From a virus: a stretch of DNA of 42,628 nucleotides. Made by a program: the position numbers and the translations under genes. The stretch is from IMG/VR virus record IMGVR_UViG_3300045988_054691, positions 1 to 42,628 of that record; one strand, given 5' to 3'. This document shows, piece by piece, positions 22,112-31,450 of the stretch. The notes under the pieces were generated by a model. That model saw only the letters and a list, made by a program, of their open reading frames with translations, made no database searches and was not told where the DNA came from. The stretch's first letter is position 1. The number at the start of each line of letters is the position of its first letter.

Positions 22112-22576
22112 ATGACAGACATTACAATCAAATATGATCATGGTCAGATGCTTATTCACTTAGATAATTTTTTATCTGATGGAAAAATTGCAAAGGTTAG
22201 AAAACTGTTGAAGCTGATCAGACAGAGTTATACACCTGAATGTGAAGAACAAATAAAAGAATATTTACAGTGTGTAACAGATAAAGACAAATTTCATAAC
22301 AATCAGGTAGCACTTGCAGGTAAGATTACAAACATTGAAAGTAATATTTATATTTTAGAAAATCGCTTAAAAGCTGCAACGTTTAACCGTAATATGTTAA
22401 AAAAATCCACACCTGTTCATAAAAATGAAGATTGGGAAAAGTGGAATGAACAGGTTAAGGATTGTAGGGAATCATTAAAAGAATCAAAGAAACTTCTTAC
22501 AGCGGTGAACCGGGAATACAAGCAGAATATTAAGAACAGGGTATTTTACCAAAAGGTGATGCAAGAATTTAGTTAA
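22112..22576 (+). CDS. hypothetical protein (helical / coiled-coil)
   Basis: 154-aa ORF with an RBS (GAAAGGTGGG) in the replication module. I recognise no family. Confidence 0.5.
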   Translation: MTDITIKYDHGQMLIHLDNFLSDGKIAKVRKLLKLIRQSYTPECEEQIKEYLQCVTDKDKFHNNQVALAGKITNIESNIYILENRLKAATFNRNMLKKSTPVHKNEDWEKWNEQVKDCRESLKESKKLLTAVNREYKQNIKNRVFYQKVMQEFS

Positions 22577-22592
22577 AGGATGGTGAAACAGG

Positions 22593-24491
22593 ATGTTGTA
22601 CAAAGGGTACATAAAGACAAAAGGCAAGAAAGCAATCGAAGCATTCAAAGACCGGACAAAATACCGCACTTATGACGAAGTGAAGAATCTTGAAGGGTTC
22701 GGTGGTGTTCTTGCTGATGATACCATCCTGATAGATATTGACGATGCTGAACAGTCTGAAATTTTAATGAACATTGTGGAAGAATATCAGCTTGATTGCC
22801 GGGTGTATTGTACAAGCCGGGGCAGACATTTTTTATTTAAGAATCATAGTATTACAAGGAACAGGACACACGTACCGCTTGCGGTTGGTCTGACTGCAGA
22901 TATAAAACTTGGTACACGTTCATCATATGAAGTAATCAAGATTGACGGTGAAGAACGCTTTATTGAGTGGGACATTGAAGAAGGTGGAACATATCAGGAA
23001 GTTCCAAAATGGTTGTTCCCGGTTCGTACAGCGGTTGACTTTCTTGATATGGATGCAGGTGACGGACGCAATCAGGCATTATTCAATTATATCCTGACAC
23101 TTACATCAAATGATTTTAGTGTTGATGATACAAGAGAATGTATCAGGATTCTGAACAGATTTGTTCTGAAAGAGCCGTTATCTGATGATGAACTGGAAGT
23201 GATTCTTAGGGATGAAGCATTTCAAAAACCTGTATTCTTTTGTGATAAGACATTCCTGTTTGACCGTTTTGCAACATGGCTTAAGAACAATGAAAATGTA
23301 GTCAGTATAAGTAATCAGTTACATATCTATCAAGATGGGATTTATCAGGTTGGGTACAAGGCTATTGAAACAGCTATGATCAATCAGATACCTAACCTGA
23401 AAAAGACACAGCGAAGAGAAGTATTAGAGTATATGGAACTTATAGCTGATGAAAAAGCACAGGCAGATGCACGTTATATAGCATTCAGGAACGGTGTGTT
23501 GGATATTGTGACCGGACAGATGCAACCATTCAGCCCTGATTTGGTTATTACCAATCAAATACCTTGGGACTACAACCCGGAAGCCTACAGTGAACTTGCT
23601 GATGATACACTGAACAAATTAGCTTGCGGTGATCAACCGATCAGGGCATTATTGGAAGAATGTATTGGCTATTGCTTTTATCGCAGGAATGAACTTGGTA
23701 AGGCATTCATCCTGACAGGTGACAAGTCCAATGGTAAGAGTACATTCCTTGATTGTGTCAAAGCAATTCTTGGTAATGGGAATATATCAGCACTTGACCT
23801 TAAGGAATTAGGGGACAGGTTCAGCACATCAATGATGTTCGGAAAACTGGCAAATATCGGTGATGACATTGGTGATGACTTCCTGCAAGGTTCACAGGTA
23901 GCAACATTCAAGAAAGTAGTTACAGGTAACAGAATCAAAGCAGAAAGAAAAGGGCAAGACCCTTTTGAGTTCAACCCTTATGTGAAGCTGCTGTTTTCAG
24001 CAAATGACATACCAAGAATGAAAGATAAGACCGGGGCAGTTCTTAGACGTTTGGTAATTATTCCATTCAATGCAAGGTTTACAAAGTATTTACCAAGTGG
24101 TGAGATTGACCCGGATTACAACCCTTATATCAAGTATCAGTTGGTTGAACAAAGTTCAGTCGAATACCTGATCAGAGTTGGTGTGGAAGGACTGAAAAGA
24201 ATCATTGAAAATAATGAGTTCACCAAGTCTGAAAAAGTGGCTGAACAGATTGATGAATATGAAAATGAAAATAACCCAATCAAGGCATTTATTGATGAAT
24301 GCGGTGTTGAAATGATTGAGGATGAACCAACAGGTGACGTATACAGCAGGTATCAGGTGTTTTGTGCTGATTGCGGTATGCAGCCAATGTCAAACATCGT
24401 GTTCAGTAAGCAGATTAATAAGCGGTTGGGGTTTGAAACAGTAGTAACTAAGGTAGGTGGTAAATCTATCAGGATATTTAGAAAGGTGTGA
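22593..24491 (+). CDS. primase-polymerase / SF3 helicase (P4/D5-type primase-helicase)
   Basis: The N-terminal prim-pol-like region contains ILIDIDD. The C-terminal part has Walker A GDKSNGKST and Walker B ..IGDDIGDD.., with the layout of phage/plasmid primase P4-family proteins. Confidence 0.8.
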   Translation: MLYKGYIKTKGKKAIEAFKDRTKYRTYDEVKNLEGFGGVLADDTILIDIDDAEQSEILMNIVEEYQLDCRVYCTSRGRHFLFKNHSITRNRTHVPLAVGLTADIKLGTRSSYEVIKIDGEERFIEWDIEEGGTYQEVPKWLFPVRTAVDFLDMDAGDGRNQALFNYILTLTSNDFSVDDTRECIRILNRFVLKEPLSDDELEVILRDEAFQKPVFFCDKTFLFDRFATWLKNNENVVSISNQLHIYQDGIYQVGYKAIETAMINQIPNLKKTQRREVLEYMELIADEKAQADARYIAFRNGVLDIVTGQMQPFSPDLVITNQIPWDYNPEAYSELADDTLNKLACGDQPIRALLEECIGYCFYRRNELGKAFILTGDKSNGKSTFLDCVKAILGNGNISALDLKELGDRFSTSMMFGKLANIGDDIGDDFLQGSQVATFKKVVTGNRIKAERKGQDPFEFNPYVKLLFSANDIPRMKDKTGAVLRRLVIIPFNARFTKYLPSGEIDPDYNPYIKYQLVEQSSVEYLIRVGVEGLKRIIENNEFTKSEKVAEQIDEYENENNPIKAFIDECGVEMIEDEPTGDVYSRYQVFCADCGMQPMSNIVFSKQINKRLGFETVVTKVGGKSIRIFRKV

Positions 24492-24495
24492 CAGT

Positions 24496-24768
24496 ATGGA
24501 AAAGTTAGTATTAACAGGTACAGTTTGTTTTTTCGTTGGTCTTACGGTTGGGTTAATCCTTGGTGCTGTAGTGATGGCATTAGCTGCAACAGCTAAGAAG
24601 TATAAACCAAAGACAAAAGAAATTTATAATTGTTGGGGTTGTTTCGGTGCTACAAATGGTGATTGTGATTACTGCCCGGTAAAGGACGGTGATGATGTAC
24701 AAAAACAGGGTTCACTACATTTGAACTTTGCTGAACACATAATGAACAGATTCATGGAAAGGATATAA
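24496..24768 (+). CDS. membrane-anchored Cys-rich protein
   Basis: GAAAGGTG lies upstream of the ATG at 24496. It has a TM segment (VCFFVGLTVGLILGAVVMALAA) followed by CWGC...CDYC. Confidence 0.5.
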   Translation: MEKLVLTGTVCFFVGLTVGLILGAVVMALAATAKKYKPKTKEIYNCWGCFGATNGDCDYCPVKDGDDVQKQGSLHLNFAEHIMNRFMERI

Positions 24769-24774
24769 AAGATT

Positions 24775-24978
24775 ATGACCTATAGAAATAGTGAAGGATA
24801 TGTCGATCCAACAGCAGGTGCAGCAATGGCAACAGTTAAAAGGGAAGAAAATGCAGAACTGAATGACCGTAACCACAGACTGATTCAAGTGATCAGGAAC
24901 ATTGTTGACATTGCAGGGTTTGAAATTGTTGGAAGGGTGACATTGAAACATAAAAAATCAGGTAAGGTGTTTCATTAG
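24775..24978 (+). CDS. hypothetical protein (67 aa)
   Basis: MTYRNSEGYVDPTAGAAMATVKREE... This is the last ORF of the early/replication block. Confidence 0.5.
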   Translation: MTYRNSEGYVDPTAGAAMATVKREENAELNDRNHRLIQVIRNIVDIAGFEIVGRVTLKHKKSGKVFH

Positions 24979-25010
24979 TTCGATGCACCAATCAGTGCTG
25001 TTGTGGTAGT

Positions 25011-25275
25011 GGTTACGGTAAAGTTACAGTTGGTTACGGTTAAGGGTTACGGTTGAAACCCTTGTAAATACTGGCGGTTACGGTTGTCTACGGTTAAAAG
25101 TACATTCTTTAATAATTAGTATTTTATGATAGTATAGAACTTAGTAAAAATAAGAATATATAGAGAATAGAGTTTTAACCGTAACCGTAGAAACCGTAAC
25201 TTCCTTGATTTATAAGGGTTTGAAGCACTTTTTATGCTATTTTTAACCGTAACCGAAGTGTAACCAACCGTAGAA
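25011..25275. promoter_or_regulatory. iteron / AT-rich module B (homolog of 9336..9526)
   Basis: Direct units lie at 25011, 25022, 25032, 25045, 25076 and 25086, the last being GTCTACGGTT as in module A. An ~80-bp AT-rich core follows. Inverted units lie at 25177, 25192, 25245, 25256 and 25266. TCCTTGATTTATAAGGG (25202-25218) parallels ACCTTGATTTACAAGGT of module A. Confidence 0.7.
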
Positions 25276-25287
25276 AGTGAGGTAAAA

Positions 25288-25737
25288 ATGAGTGATCAGA
25301 AGAAATTAAGTGCAAGGGAATATTTGAAACAGCTTGAAGTGTTAGATATGCAGATAAATGATGATATTGCCACGCTGTCAGATATGAAAATGAATGTATG
25401 CAGTGCAGGAGGTATTGATTACAGCCGGGACAAAGTGCAGACTTCACCTGTAGGTGATAAGTTATGTAAGGACGTAGTGAGGTATACCATGTTTGACCAA
25501 CACATCAATGAAGAAATAGATCAGTTTGTTGATGCAAAGAAGCAGATCATTAAGGAAATCCGGGGATTGCGTGACAAGAATATGATTCAGATTCTTACAA
25601 AAGTGTATGTGCAGTTTAAAACAGTCAAGGTTGCTTCACAGGAAATGAAAAAATCTTATTCATATACCGTAGAACTGCATAATAAGGCACTTTCAGCGTT
25701 TGAAGATACCTATAAAAACCTTACATATCTGACATAA
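25288..25737 (+). CDS. DUF1492-like (sigma region-4-like) late-gene regulator
   Basis: ..AREYLKQLEVLDMQINDDIATLSDMK......SPVGDK....V......INEEIDQFVDAKKQIIKEIRGL.D..MIQILTKVY follows the pattern of DUF1492/RinA-like regulators encoded just upstream of terminase genes in Firmicute phages. Confidence 0.6.
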   Translation: MSDQKKLSAREYLKQLEVLDMQINDDIATLSDMKMNVCSAGGIDYSRDKVQTSPVGDKLCKDVVRYTMFDQHINEEIDQFVDAKKQIIKEIRGLRDKNMIQILTKVYVQFKTVKVASQEMKKSYSYTVELHNKALSAFEDTYKNLTYLT

Positions 25738-25754
25738 AACCAATTATTTCATAT

Positions 25755-25783
25755 TTGACAAATACAAGCTGACCTTTTATAGT
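25755..25783 (+). promoter_or_regulatory. candidate late promoter
   Basis: TTGACA (25755-25760), a 17-nt spacer, then TATAGT (25778-25783). Confidence 0.55.
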
Positions 25784-25803
25784 GTATGCTGTATAAAAAT
25801 TTT

Positions 25804-25832
25804 TGCAGGTAATTTATTACCTGCAATTTTTT
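25804..25832 (+). terminator. rho-independent terminator 1 between the late promoter and the terminase genes
   Basis: TGCAGGTAA...TTACCTGCA (9-10 bp stem) followed by A-TTTTTT. Confidence 0.65.
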
Positions 25833-25861
25833 ATGCAAAATTATATTGCTTATTGTCTTAT

Positions 25862-25907
25862 GTGCTGCAAGGTGGGAGGTTTTAGCACCCTTGCAGCACT
25901 TTTTGTT
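25862..25907 (+). terminator. rho-independent terminator 2 between the late promoter and the terminase genes
   Basis: GTGCTGCAAGG (25862-25872) pairs with CCTTGCAGCAC (25889-25899), followed by TTTTTGTT. Confidence 0.65.
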
Positions 25908-25935
25908 ATAAAAATGATAGAAAGGCGGTGTTGTT

Positions 25936-26442
25936 ATGGCAAAAAAAGGCAAATTAACTGAAAAGCAGCAACGTTTTGTTGATGAATACCTGATTGACCT
26001 GAATGCAACACAGGCAGCTATTAGGGCAGGTTATTCAGTAAAAACAGCGGATGCAATCGGATGTGAAAACCTCACGAAACCTAATATTCAACAGGCTATT
26101 GCTGAACACATGGCAGAACGCTCACGAAGAACCGGAGTAAATCAGGATAGGGTTGTATTAGAGCTTGCTAAGATTGCATTTGTCAGAATGACAGACGTTG
26201 TTGACAGTAACGGAAGAATCAAACAGGATGCATCTGCTGATGATCTGTCTTGTATTGAATCAATCAAATATAAGGAATCTGATAATGAATTTGGTGGAAG
26301 TGTTGAAAGAGAAGTCAAGGTTGCATCAAAACTGAAAGCCCTTGAATTGCTTGGTAAACATTTAGGTATGTGGAATGATAAGTTAGATGTGAATGTGACA
26401 GCCCCTATTGTTATTTCAGGAGCAGACGCACTTGAGGACTAA
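25936..26442 (+). CDS. terS: terminase small subunit (Terminase_2 / P27 family)
   Basis: LTEKQQRFVDEYLIDLNATQAAIRAGYSVKTADAIGCENLTKPNIQQAI is the hallmark N-terminal HTH of this family. Confidence 0.85.
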   Translation: MAKKGKLTEKQQRFVDEYLIDLNATQAAIRAGYSVKTADAIGCENLTKPNIQQAIAEHMAERSRRTGVNQDRVVLELAKIAFVRMTDVVDSNGRIKQDASADDLSCIESIKYKESDNEFGGSVEREVKVASKLKALELLGKHLGMWNDKLDVNVTAPIVISGADALED

Positions 26443-26494
26443 ATACAGGCAGCCATCAAGTCAATATGTATTTGGTTATCAGAAGTTCATTCTG

Positions 26495-27769
26495 ATGCCG
26501 GAAGATTATAAGCCTACAAAGTCCGGTAAGGTTAATGTGAAATTACCGGAAGTAGTCGGTAAGGGTTACGGTACATTTTGGCGGTGGAAAGGTAGATACC
26601 GGGCAGTCAAAGGTTCACGTGCATCTAAGAAGTCAAAGACTACAGCATTATGGTACATCACCAATATGATGAAGTACCCTGATGCGAATACCTTAGTTGT
26701 CCGAAAAACTTACAGAACATTAAAGGATTCCTGTTTTACTGAATTGAAATGGGCTATACATCGACTTGGTGTTGATGCTTTTTGGGATATAAAAGAATCA
26801 CCACTTGAAATGACGTATAAGCCAACAGGTCAAAAGATTTATTTCAGAGGACTGGATGACCCACTGAAAGTAACATCAATCACTGTTGATCAGGGTGTAT
26901 TGTGTTGGATGTGGATTGAAGAAGCATATGAAATTAGTTCAGAGGATGATTTCAATATGCTTGATGAATCTATTCGTGGTGCAATCCCGGAAGGTTCAGA
27001 CCTGTTCAAGCAGATCACCGTTACTTTCAACCCTTGGAATGAACACCATTGGTTGAAGAAGCGGTTTTTTGATAACCCGGATGATGAAACCCTTGCACTT
27101 ACAACCAATTACAAATGCAACGAATGGTTAGATAAAGCCGATCTTAAGGTTTTTGAAACCATGAAAAAACAGAATCCACGCAGATATGCAGTTGCCGGAC
27201 TTGGTAACTGGGGTATTGTTGACGGTCTTGTTTATGAGAATTGGCACGAAGAAGCCTTTACACTGGAACAGATCAGACAGCAATACAAGATTGATTCAGC
27301 ATTTGGTCTTGACTTTGGTTATACAAATGACCCATCTGCATTGTTTTGTGGATTCATTGATACGAAGAACAAAAAGATATTCGTGTGGGATGAAATGTAT
27401 AGTGCAGGTCTTTCCAATGAGCGAATATATCAGAATATCACTGACATGGGCTATGCAAAGGAAAGAATCACAGCGGATTCAGCAGAACCAAAGTCTATTG
27501 ATCAGTTAAAGGGTTATGGTCTTAGAGTCAAAGGTGCTGAAAAAGGCAAGGACAGTATCAACAATGGTATTCAGTTCATTCAGGACTATGAGATCATCAT
27601 ACATCCGAGGTGTGTGAATTTCCTGACCGAGATATCTAACTACACGTGGGACAAGGACAAATTCGGAAACAAGCTGAATCGTCCGATTGATGACTTCAAT
27701 CATTTGATGGACGCAATGCGATACGCATTGGAAAAATATATCAAGAAAGGTAACGGCTGGTTATTCTAG
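26495..27769 (+). CDS. terL: terminase large subunit (PBSX/XtmB-like)
   Basis: It has a Walker-A-like RYRAVKGSRASKKSKT, a Walker B CWMWIEEAYE and a C-terminal nuclease part with ..DDFNHLMDAMRYAL. The start is uncertain: I chose the ATG at 26495, while the ORF track opens at 26408. Confidence 0.8.
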   Translation: MPEDYKPTKSGKVNVKLPEVVGKGYGTFWRWKGRYRAVKGSRASKKSKTTALWYITNMMKYPDANTLVVRKTYRTLKDSCFTELKWAIHRLGVDAFWDIKESPLEMTYKPTGQKIYFRGLDDPLKVTSITVDQGVLCWMWIEEAYEISSEDDFNMLDESIRGAIPEGSDLFKQITVTFNPWNEHHWLKKRFFDNPDDETLALTTNYKCNEWLDKADLKVFETMKKQNPRRYAVAGLGNWGIVDGLVYENWHEEAFTLEQIRQQYKIDSAFGLDFGYTNDPSALFCGFIDTKNKKIFVWDEMYSAGLSNERIYQNITDMGYAKERITADSAEPKSIDQLKGYGLRVKGAEKGKDSINNGIQFIQDYEIIIHPRCVNFLTEISNYTWDKDKFGNKLNRPIDDFNHLMDAMRYALEKYIKKGNGWLF

Positions 27770-27785
27770 CCGGGAGGTATACAAA

Positions 27786-28100
27786 ATGTTAATTTTAGGT
27801 ACAGAATATGATCTGATCAGAGATGATGAGACACTGGAAGAGACATTGCATGACGGTGAGTGTGCAATCTACACGAAGCTGATAAAGATTAGAGCAATGG
27901 AGAAAATGCTGGAACCGTCAGCATCAGAAGAAGATAAGAGAACCAGATACAATGAAGTGTTAAGGCATGAAGTGATTCATGCTTTTTTTAATGAGTATGG
28001 ACTTGCGGAATACTGTAATGATGAACAGCTGGTACAGTGGATTGCGGTACAGTTCCCGAAAATCCTGAAAGTATTCCAGGGACTTAACTGTATAGATTAA
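27786..28100 (+). CDS. small protein with an HExxH motif
   Basis: GGGAGG RBS. It contains LRHEVIHAFFNEYGL (HEVIH). It lies between terL and the portal gene. Confidence 0.55.
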   Translation: MLILGTEYDLIRDDETLEETLHDGECAIYTKLIKIRAMEKMLEPSASEEDKRTRYNEVLRHEVIHAFFNEYGLAEYCNDEQLVQWIAVQFPKILKVFQGLNCID

Positions 28101-28118
28101 CAGGAAAGAGGTGATAAG

Positions 28119-29621
28119 GTGCTTACAGTTGATGAAATCAAGATGTTCATTGATGAAGATGCTGCATCAGTGAAAAAGCATTTTGCAAGAATAGGTGAAC
28201 GTTACTATGATGGCGATCATGATATTAAAAATTACAGAATGTTTTATTTCAATCAGGACGGTCAGCTTGTGGAAGATACAAGCCGGGCAAATGTGAGAAT
28301 ACCACACCCATTCTTTAAGGAACTGACAGAACAGGGTACACAGTACACCCTTTCAGGTTCAGATGGTTTTGTATTCAGTGATGTGCCTGAACTACAGAGT
28401 GAACTTGATGCAAGATTCAATAATAACGATGATTTTATTGATGAACTGTCAGAAACACTTACAGACTGTCAGACAAAAGGTTTTGCTTATATGTACGCTA
28501 TGAAAGACAGCACGGATAAGCTGAAATTCACGTGTGCTGACAGTATCGGTGTTGTAGAAGTAGAAGCACGATTTGCAGAGGACGGAAAAGACCATGTAAT
28601 TTATTGGTACGTTGACCGGTGTGACAAGGAAGGCCACAGAATTAAGAAAATCATGGACTGGGATGATGAACAGGTTGTTTATTATGTTCAGACAGATGAA
28701 GGGGAAATACAGCTTGACGATAAACCAAAGGTGAACCCAAGACCTCATATACTGTATCAGGTTGATGGTGATGATAATACGTATATTGATTCACTTGGTT
28801 TCTTGCCATTCTTCCGGTTGGATAATAACAAGAAACAGTTCAGCAACCTGAAAGCAGTAAAAGACCTGATTGATGATTATGACCTTATGGCATCCAGTCT
28901 TTCCAATAACCTGATTGACTTTGATCATCCATTATATGCGGTCAAAGGGTTTGAAGGTGATAACCTTGATGAGTTGCAGCAGAATCTTAAGACAAAAAAG
29001 ATTGTTGGTGTTGGTTCAGATGGCGGTATTGAAGTACATACAGTAGATGTACCGTATGAAGCCCGGAAGGTTAAGTTGGAACTGGATGAAAAGAACATAT
29101 ATCGTTTCGGTATGGGGCTGAACTTGTCAGGTCTGAAAGATACATCAGCAACAACCAATATTGCAATCAAGGCAGCCTATTCACTGCTTGATCTTAGATG
29201 TAAACACCTTGAAAGGAATATCAAGCGGTTCTTGCGTAAGATTGTGGCGGTATGCATTGATGAAATCAATCAGCAGAACGGTACAGATTATCAGATCACA
29301 GATGTTTATTTTGAGTTCACCCACGAAGTAATGAGTAATGAACAGGAAAATGAACAGAATGAACTTACAGAAGCACAGAAACAACAGGTACAAATCAACA
29401 CCCTGTTATCACTGGCACAGATTTTTGGTGATGATCTGACGATTCAGTATATTTGTGATGTTCTTGATATTGATTATGAGGATGTGAAGGACAAGTTGCC
29501 GGATAATGAAGCTGATAAGGTGCAGCAGGTGCAGGATGATCTTGATTCTATTATACCGGATGACGAAGGTGGTGGAATAGGTGAACAAAGCACAGAAGGA
29601 AGTGCAGCAAGCACAGCTTGA
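28119..29621 (+). CDS. portal protein (SPP1 gp6-like)
   Basis: 500 aa with an acidic C-terminus, positioned directly after the terminase genes and before the MuF gene. GTG start with AAAGAGGTG upstream. Confidence 0.75.
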   Translation: MLTVDEIKMFIDEDAASVKKHFARIGERYYDGDHDIKNYRMFYFNQDGQLVEDTSRANVRIPHPFFKELTEQGTQYTLSGSDGFVFSDVPELQSELDARFNNNDDFIDELSETLTDCQTKGFAYMYAMKDSTDKLKFTCADSIGVVEVEARFAEDGKDHVIYWYVDRCDKEGHRIKKIMDWDDEQVVYYVQTDEGEIQLDDKPKVNPRPHILYQVDGDDNTYIDSLGFLPFFRLDNNKKQFSNLKAVKDLIDDYDLMASSLSNNLIDFDHPLYAVKGFEGDNLDELQQNLKTKKIVGVGSDGGIEVHTVDVPYEARKVKLELDEKNIYRFGMGLNLSGLKDTSATTNIAIKAAYSLLDLRCKHLERNIKRFLRKIVAVCIDEINQQNGTDYQITDVYFEFTHEVMSNEQENEQNELTEAQKQQVQINTLLSLAQIFGDDLTIQYICDVLDIDYEDVKDKLPDNEADKVQQVQDDLDSIIPDDEGGGIGEQSTEGSAASTA

Positions 29622-31209
29622 TGAAGAAAAGAAAGTTATCAAACTATTAGAAGTTGTATATGAGAGGGCAAAAAAGGACTGTGAACAGAAAATCAGGGAA
29701 CTGTCTGCAAGGACAGACCTTGAAAATCTGCAAAGTATAGTATACCAAAAGGAATATCAGCAAATGATGGTTGATCAACTTGAAGCAATGCTTTATGACC
29801 TACATGAAGGTCAATTTATAACCATTGCTGATTACTTGGAACAGTCATATATCAACGGTTATGTTGGTATGTTCTATGATTTGCAAAGTACAGGTATACC
29901 GCTTGTAATACCAATTCAGCAAGATCAGGTTGTCAAGGCAGTTCGTACAGACAGTAAATTGTCAAGCGGTCTGTACACCAAACTTGGTGAAGATGTTGGT
30001 TACCTTAAGCGGTCAATTCGTGCTGAACTTTCAAGAGGGATTGCAAGCGGTTCAACATGGAATGAAATGGCATTAAGAATTGCTAAGGGTATGAACAGCC
30101 CTTTTCGTAAAGCATATAACAATGCGATACGGATTGCCCGGACAGAAGGACATAGAATACAGAATGAAGCAGCCCTTGACGGTCAGCATGGGGCTAAGAA
30201 AAAGGGTGCTGATATAGTCAAACAGTGGGATTCCACACTTGACGGACGGACAAGGGATGAACACCGGGAATGTGACGGACAGATCAGGGAAATTGATGAA
30301 CCGTTTGATGTTGGCGGTGAGAAAATGCAAGCACCGGGTGTTGGCGGTTCTGCAAAGAACGTTTGTAACTGTCGGTGCTGTCTGCTGCAACGTGCAAAAT
30401 GGGCTTTAGATGAGGATGAGCTGGAAGAACTGAAAGAACGTGCTGCATTTTTCGGACTGGATAAATCAAAGGATTTTGAAGAATTTAAGCAGAAATATTG
30501 TCAGTTGCCGGAAGATGCTGATACAATGGAAGTACCAAAAGGACATTCAGAGGCATATGAGTCACTGATGGAAGGACTGAAAGTGAATAAAGTAACTTGC
30601 CGTGAAGTTAAGGATTTAGAAAAGCCATTAACGCCGGATGAGATTATTGACAGATTGGCAGGTGGTGATAAGACAAGAGGTTCGTGTTCTTCACTCGGTT
30701 TTGCATATATAGGCAATAAAGCAGGATTGGATGTATTGGATTTCAGAGGTGGTAGCTCACAGTCTTTCTTTTCAATGAACACTAATATCAAAAAAATGTT
30801 AGATTTGCCGAATGTAAAGGGTGAAATACTCAAGGTGAAAAAAGAGGCATCCGACACAGCAAAAATTCTCCGTGACTTAGAATTAAACAAAGAGTATTAC
30901 ATGAGCGTTGGTAGGCACGCTTCAATCGTCCGGAATACGGAAGATGGTTTACAATACCTTGAACTTCAGTCTGCAATAAAGAATGGGTGGATGCCGTTTG
31001 AAAGGTACGGTTCCATTGTGACCACTTTGCAGAAAAGATTCGGGTGTAGAAAGACTGTTGATAGATTTGCCGGAAAAGTATGGGAGAAAGAAGTGGTTCT
31101 CATGGAAGTAGATTCATTTAAGGCGAATAGCGAATTTAAAGAACTTTTGGGGTATATAAATACTGCGACCAATAAACAAAAGAAAGGAGTGACAGGGAAT
31201 GTCAAGTGA
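29581..31209 (+). CDS. minor head protein (Phage_Mu_F / SPP1 gp7-like) with a ~250-aa C-terminal extension
   Basis: The MuF core reads ..AIRIARTEGHRIQNEAALDG...WDSTLDGRTRDEHRECDGQI...NCRCCLL. The C-terminal ~250 aa are unrelated to it and contain ..RGSCSSLGFAYIG.. and ..VGRHASIV.. Confidence 0.75.
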   Translation: MNKAQKEVQQAQLDEEKKVIKLLEVVYERAKKDCEQKIRELSARTDLENLQSIVYQKEYQQMMVDQLEAMLYDLHEGQFITIADYLEQSYINGYVGMFYDLQSTGIPLVIPIQQDQVVKAVRTDSKLSSGLYTKLGEDVGYLKRSIRAELSRGIASGSTWNEMALRIAKGMNSPFRKAYNNAIRIARTEGHRIQNEAALDGQHGAKKKGADIVKQWDSTLDGRTRDEHRECDGQIREIDEPFDVGGEKMQAPGVGGSAKNVCNCRCCLLQRAKWALDEDELEELKERAAFFGLDKSKDFEEFKQKYCQLPEDADTMEVPKGHSEAYESLMEGLKVNKVTCREVKDLEKPLTPDEIIDRLAGGDKTRGSCSSLGFAYIGNKAGLDVLDFRGGSSQSFFSMNTNIKKMLDLPNVKGEILKVKKEASDTAKILRDLELNKEYYMSVGRHASIVRNTEDGLQYLELQSAIKNGWMPFERYGSIVTTLQKRFGCRKTVDRFAGKVWEKEVVLMEVDSFKANSEFKELLGYINTATNKQKKGVTGNVK

Positions 31210-31411
31210 TGATAGATGGTATAAAAACAATACAGACGATAAGATTTGGTGGAAAGATACCGATTCAGTAGGCGAATGGTTGTTCAGCTTTGACAAAAAG
31301 CAGGTGTTTAACATGTTTGCTGATTATCCACACAACCTGACACCAGAACAGAAAAAAATCTTTGATGAAGAGAATCCTGAATGGGTTGATTTCTTCAAAG
31401 ACAGGCAATAA
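31199..31411 (+). CDS. Trp-rich hypothetical protein (70 aa)
   Basis: MSSDDRWYKNNTDDKIWWKDTDSVGEWLFSF... It overlaps the end of the MuF gene and is followed by a terminator. Confidence 0.5.
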   Translation: MSSDDRWYKNNTDDKIWWKDTDSVGEWLFSFDKKQVFNMFADYPHNLTPEQKKIFDEENPEWVDFFKDRQ

Positions 31412-31450
31412 AAAAGCAAAGGTAAAGAAGTGTACACCTTTGCTTTTTTA
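31411..31450. terminator. hairpin terminator inside the head module
   Basis: AGCAAAGGT (31415-31423) pairs with ACCTTTGCT (31436-31444). It is flanked by an A-run and a T-run, which gives it bidirectional potential. Confidence 0.65.
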
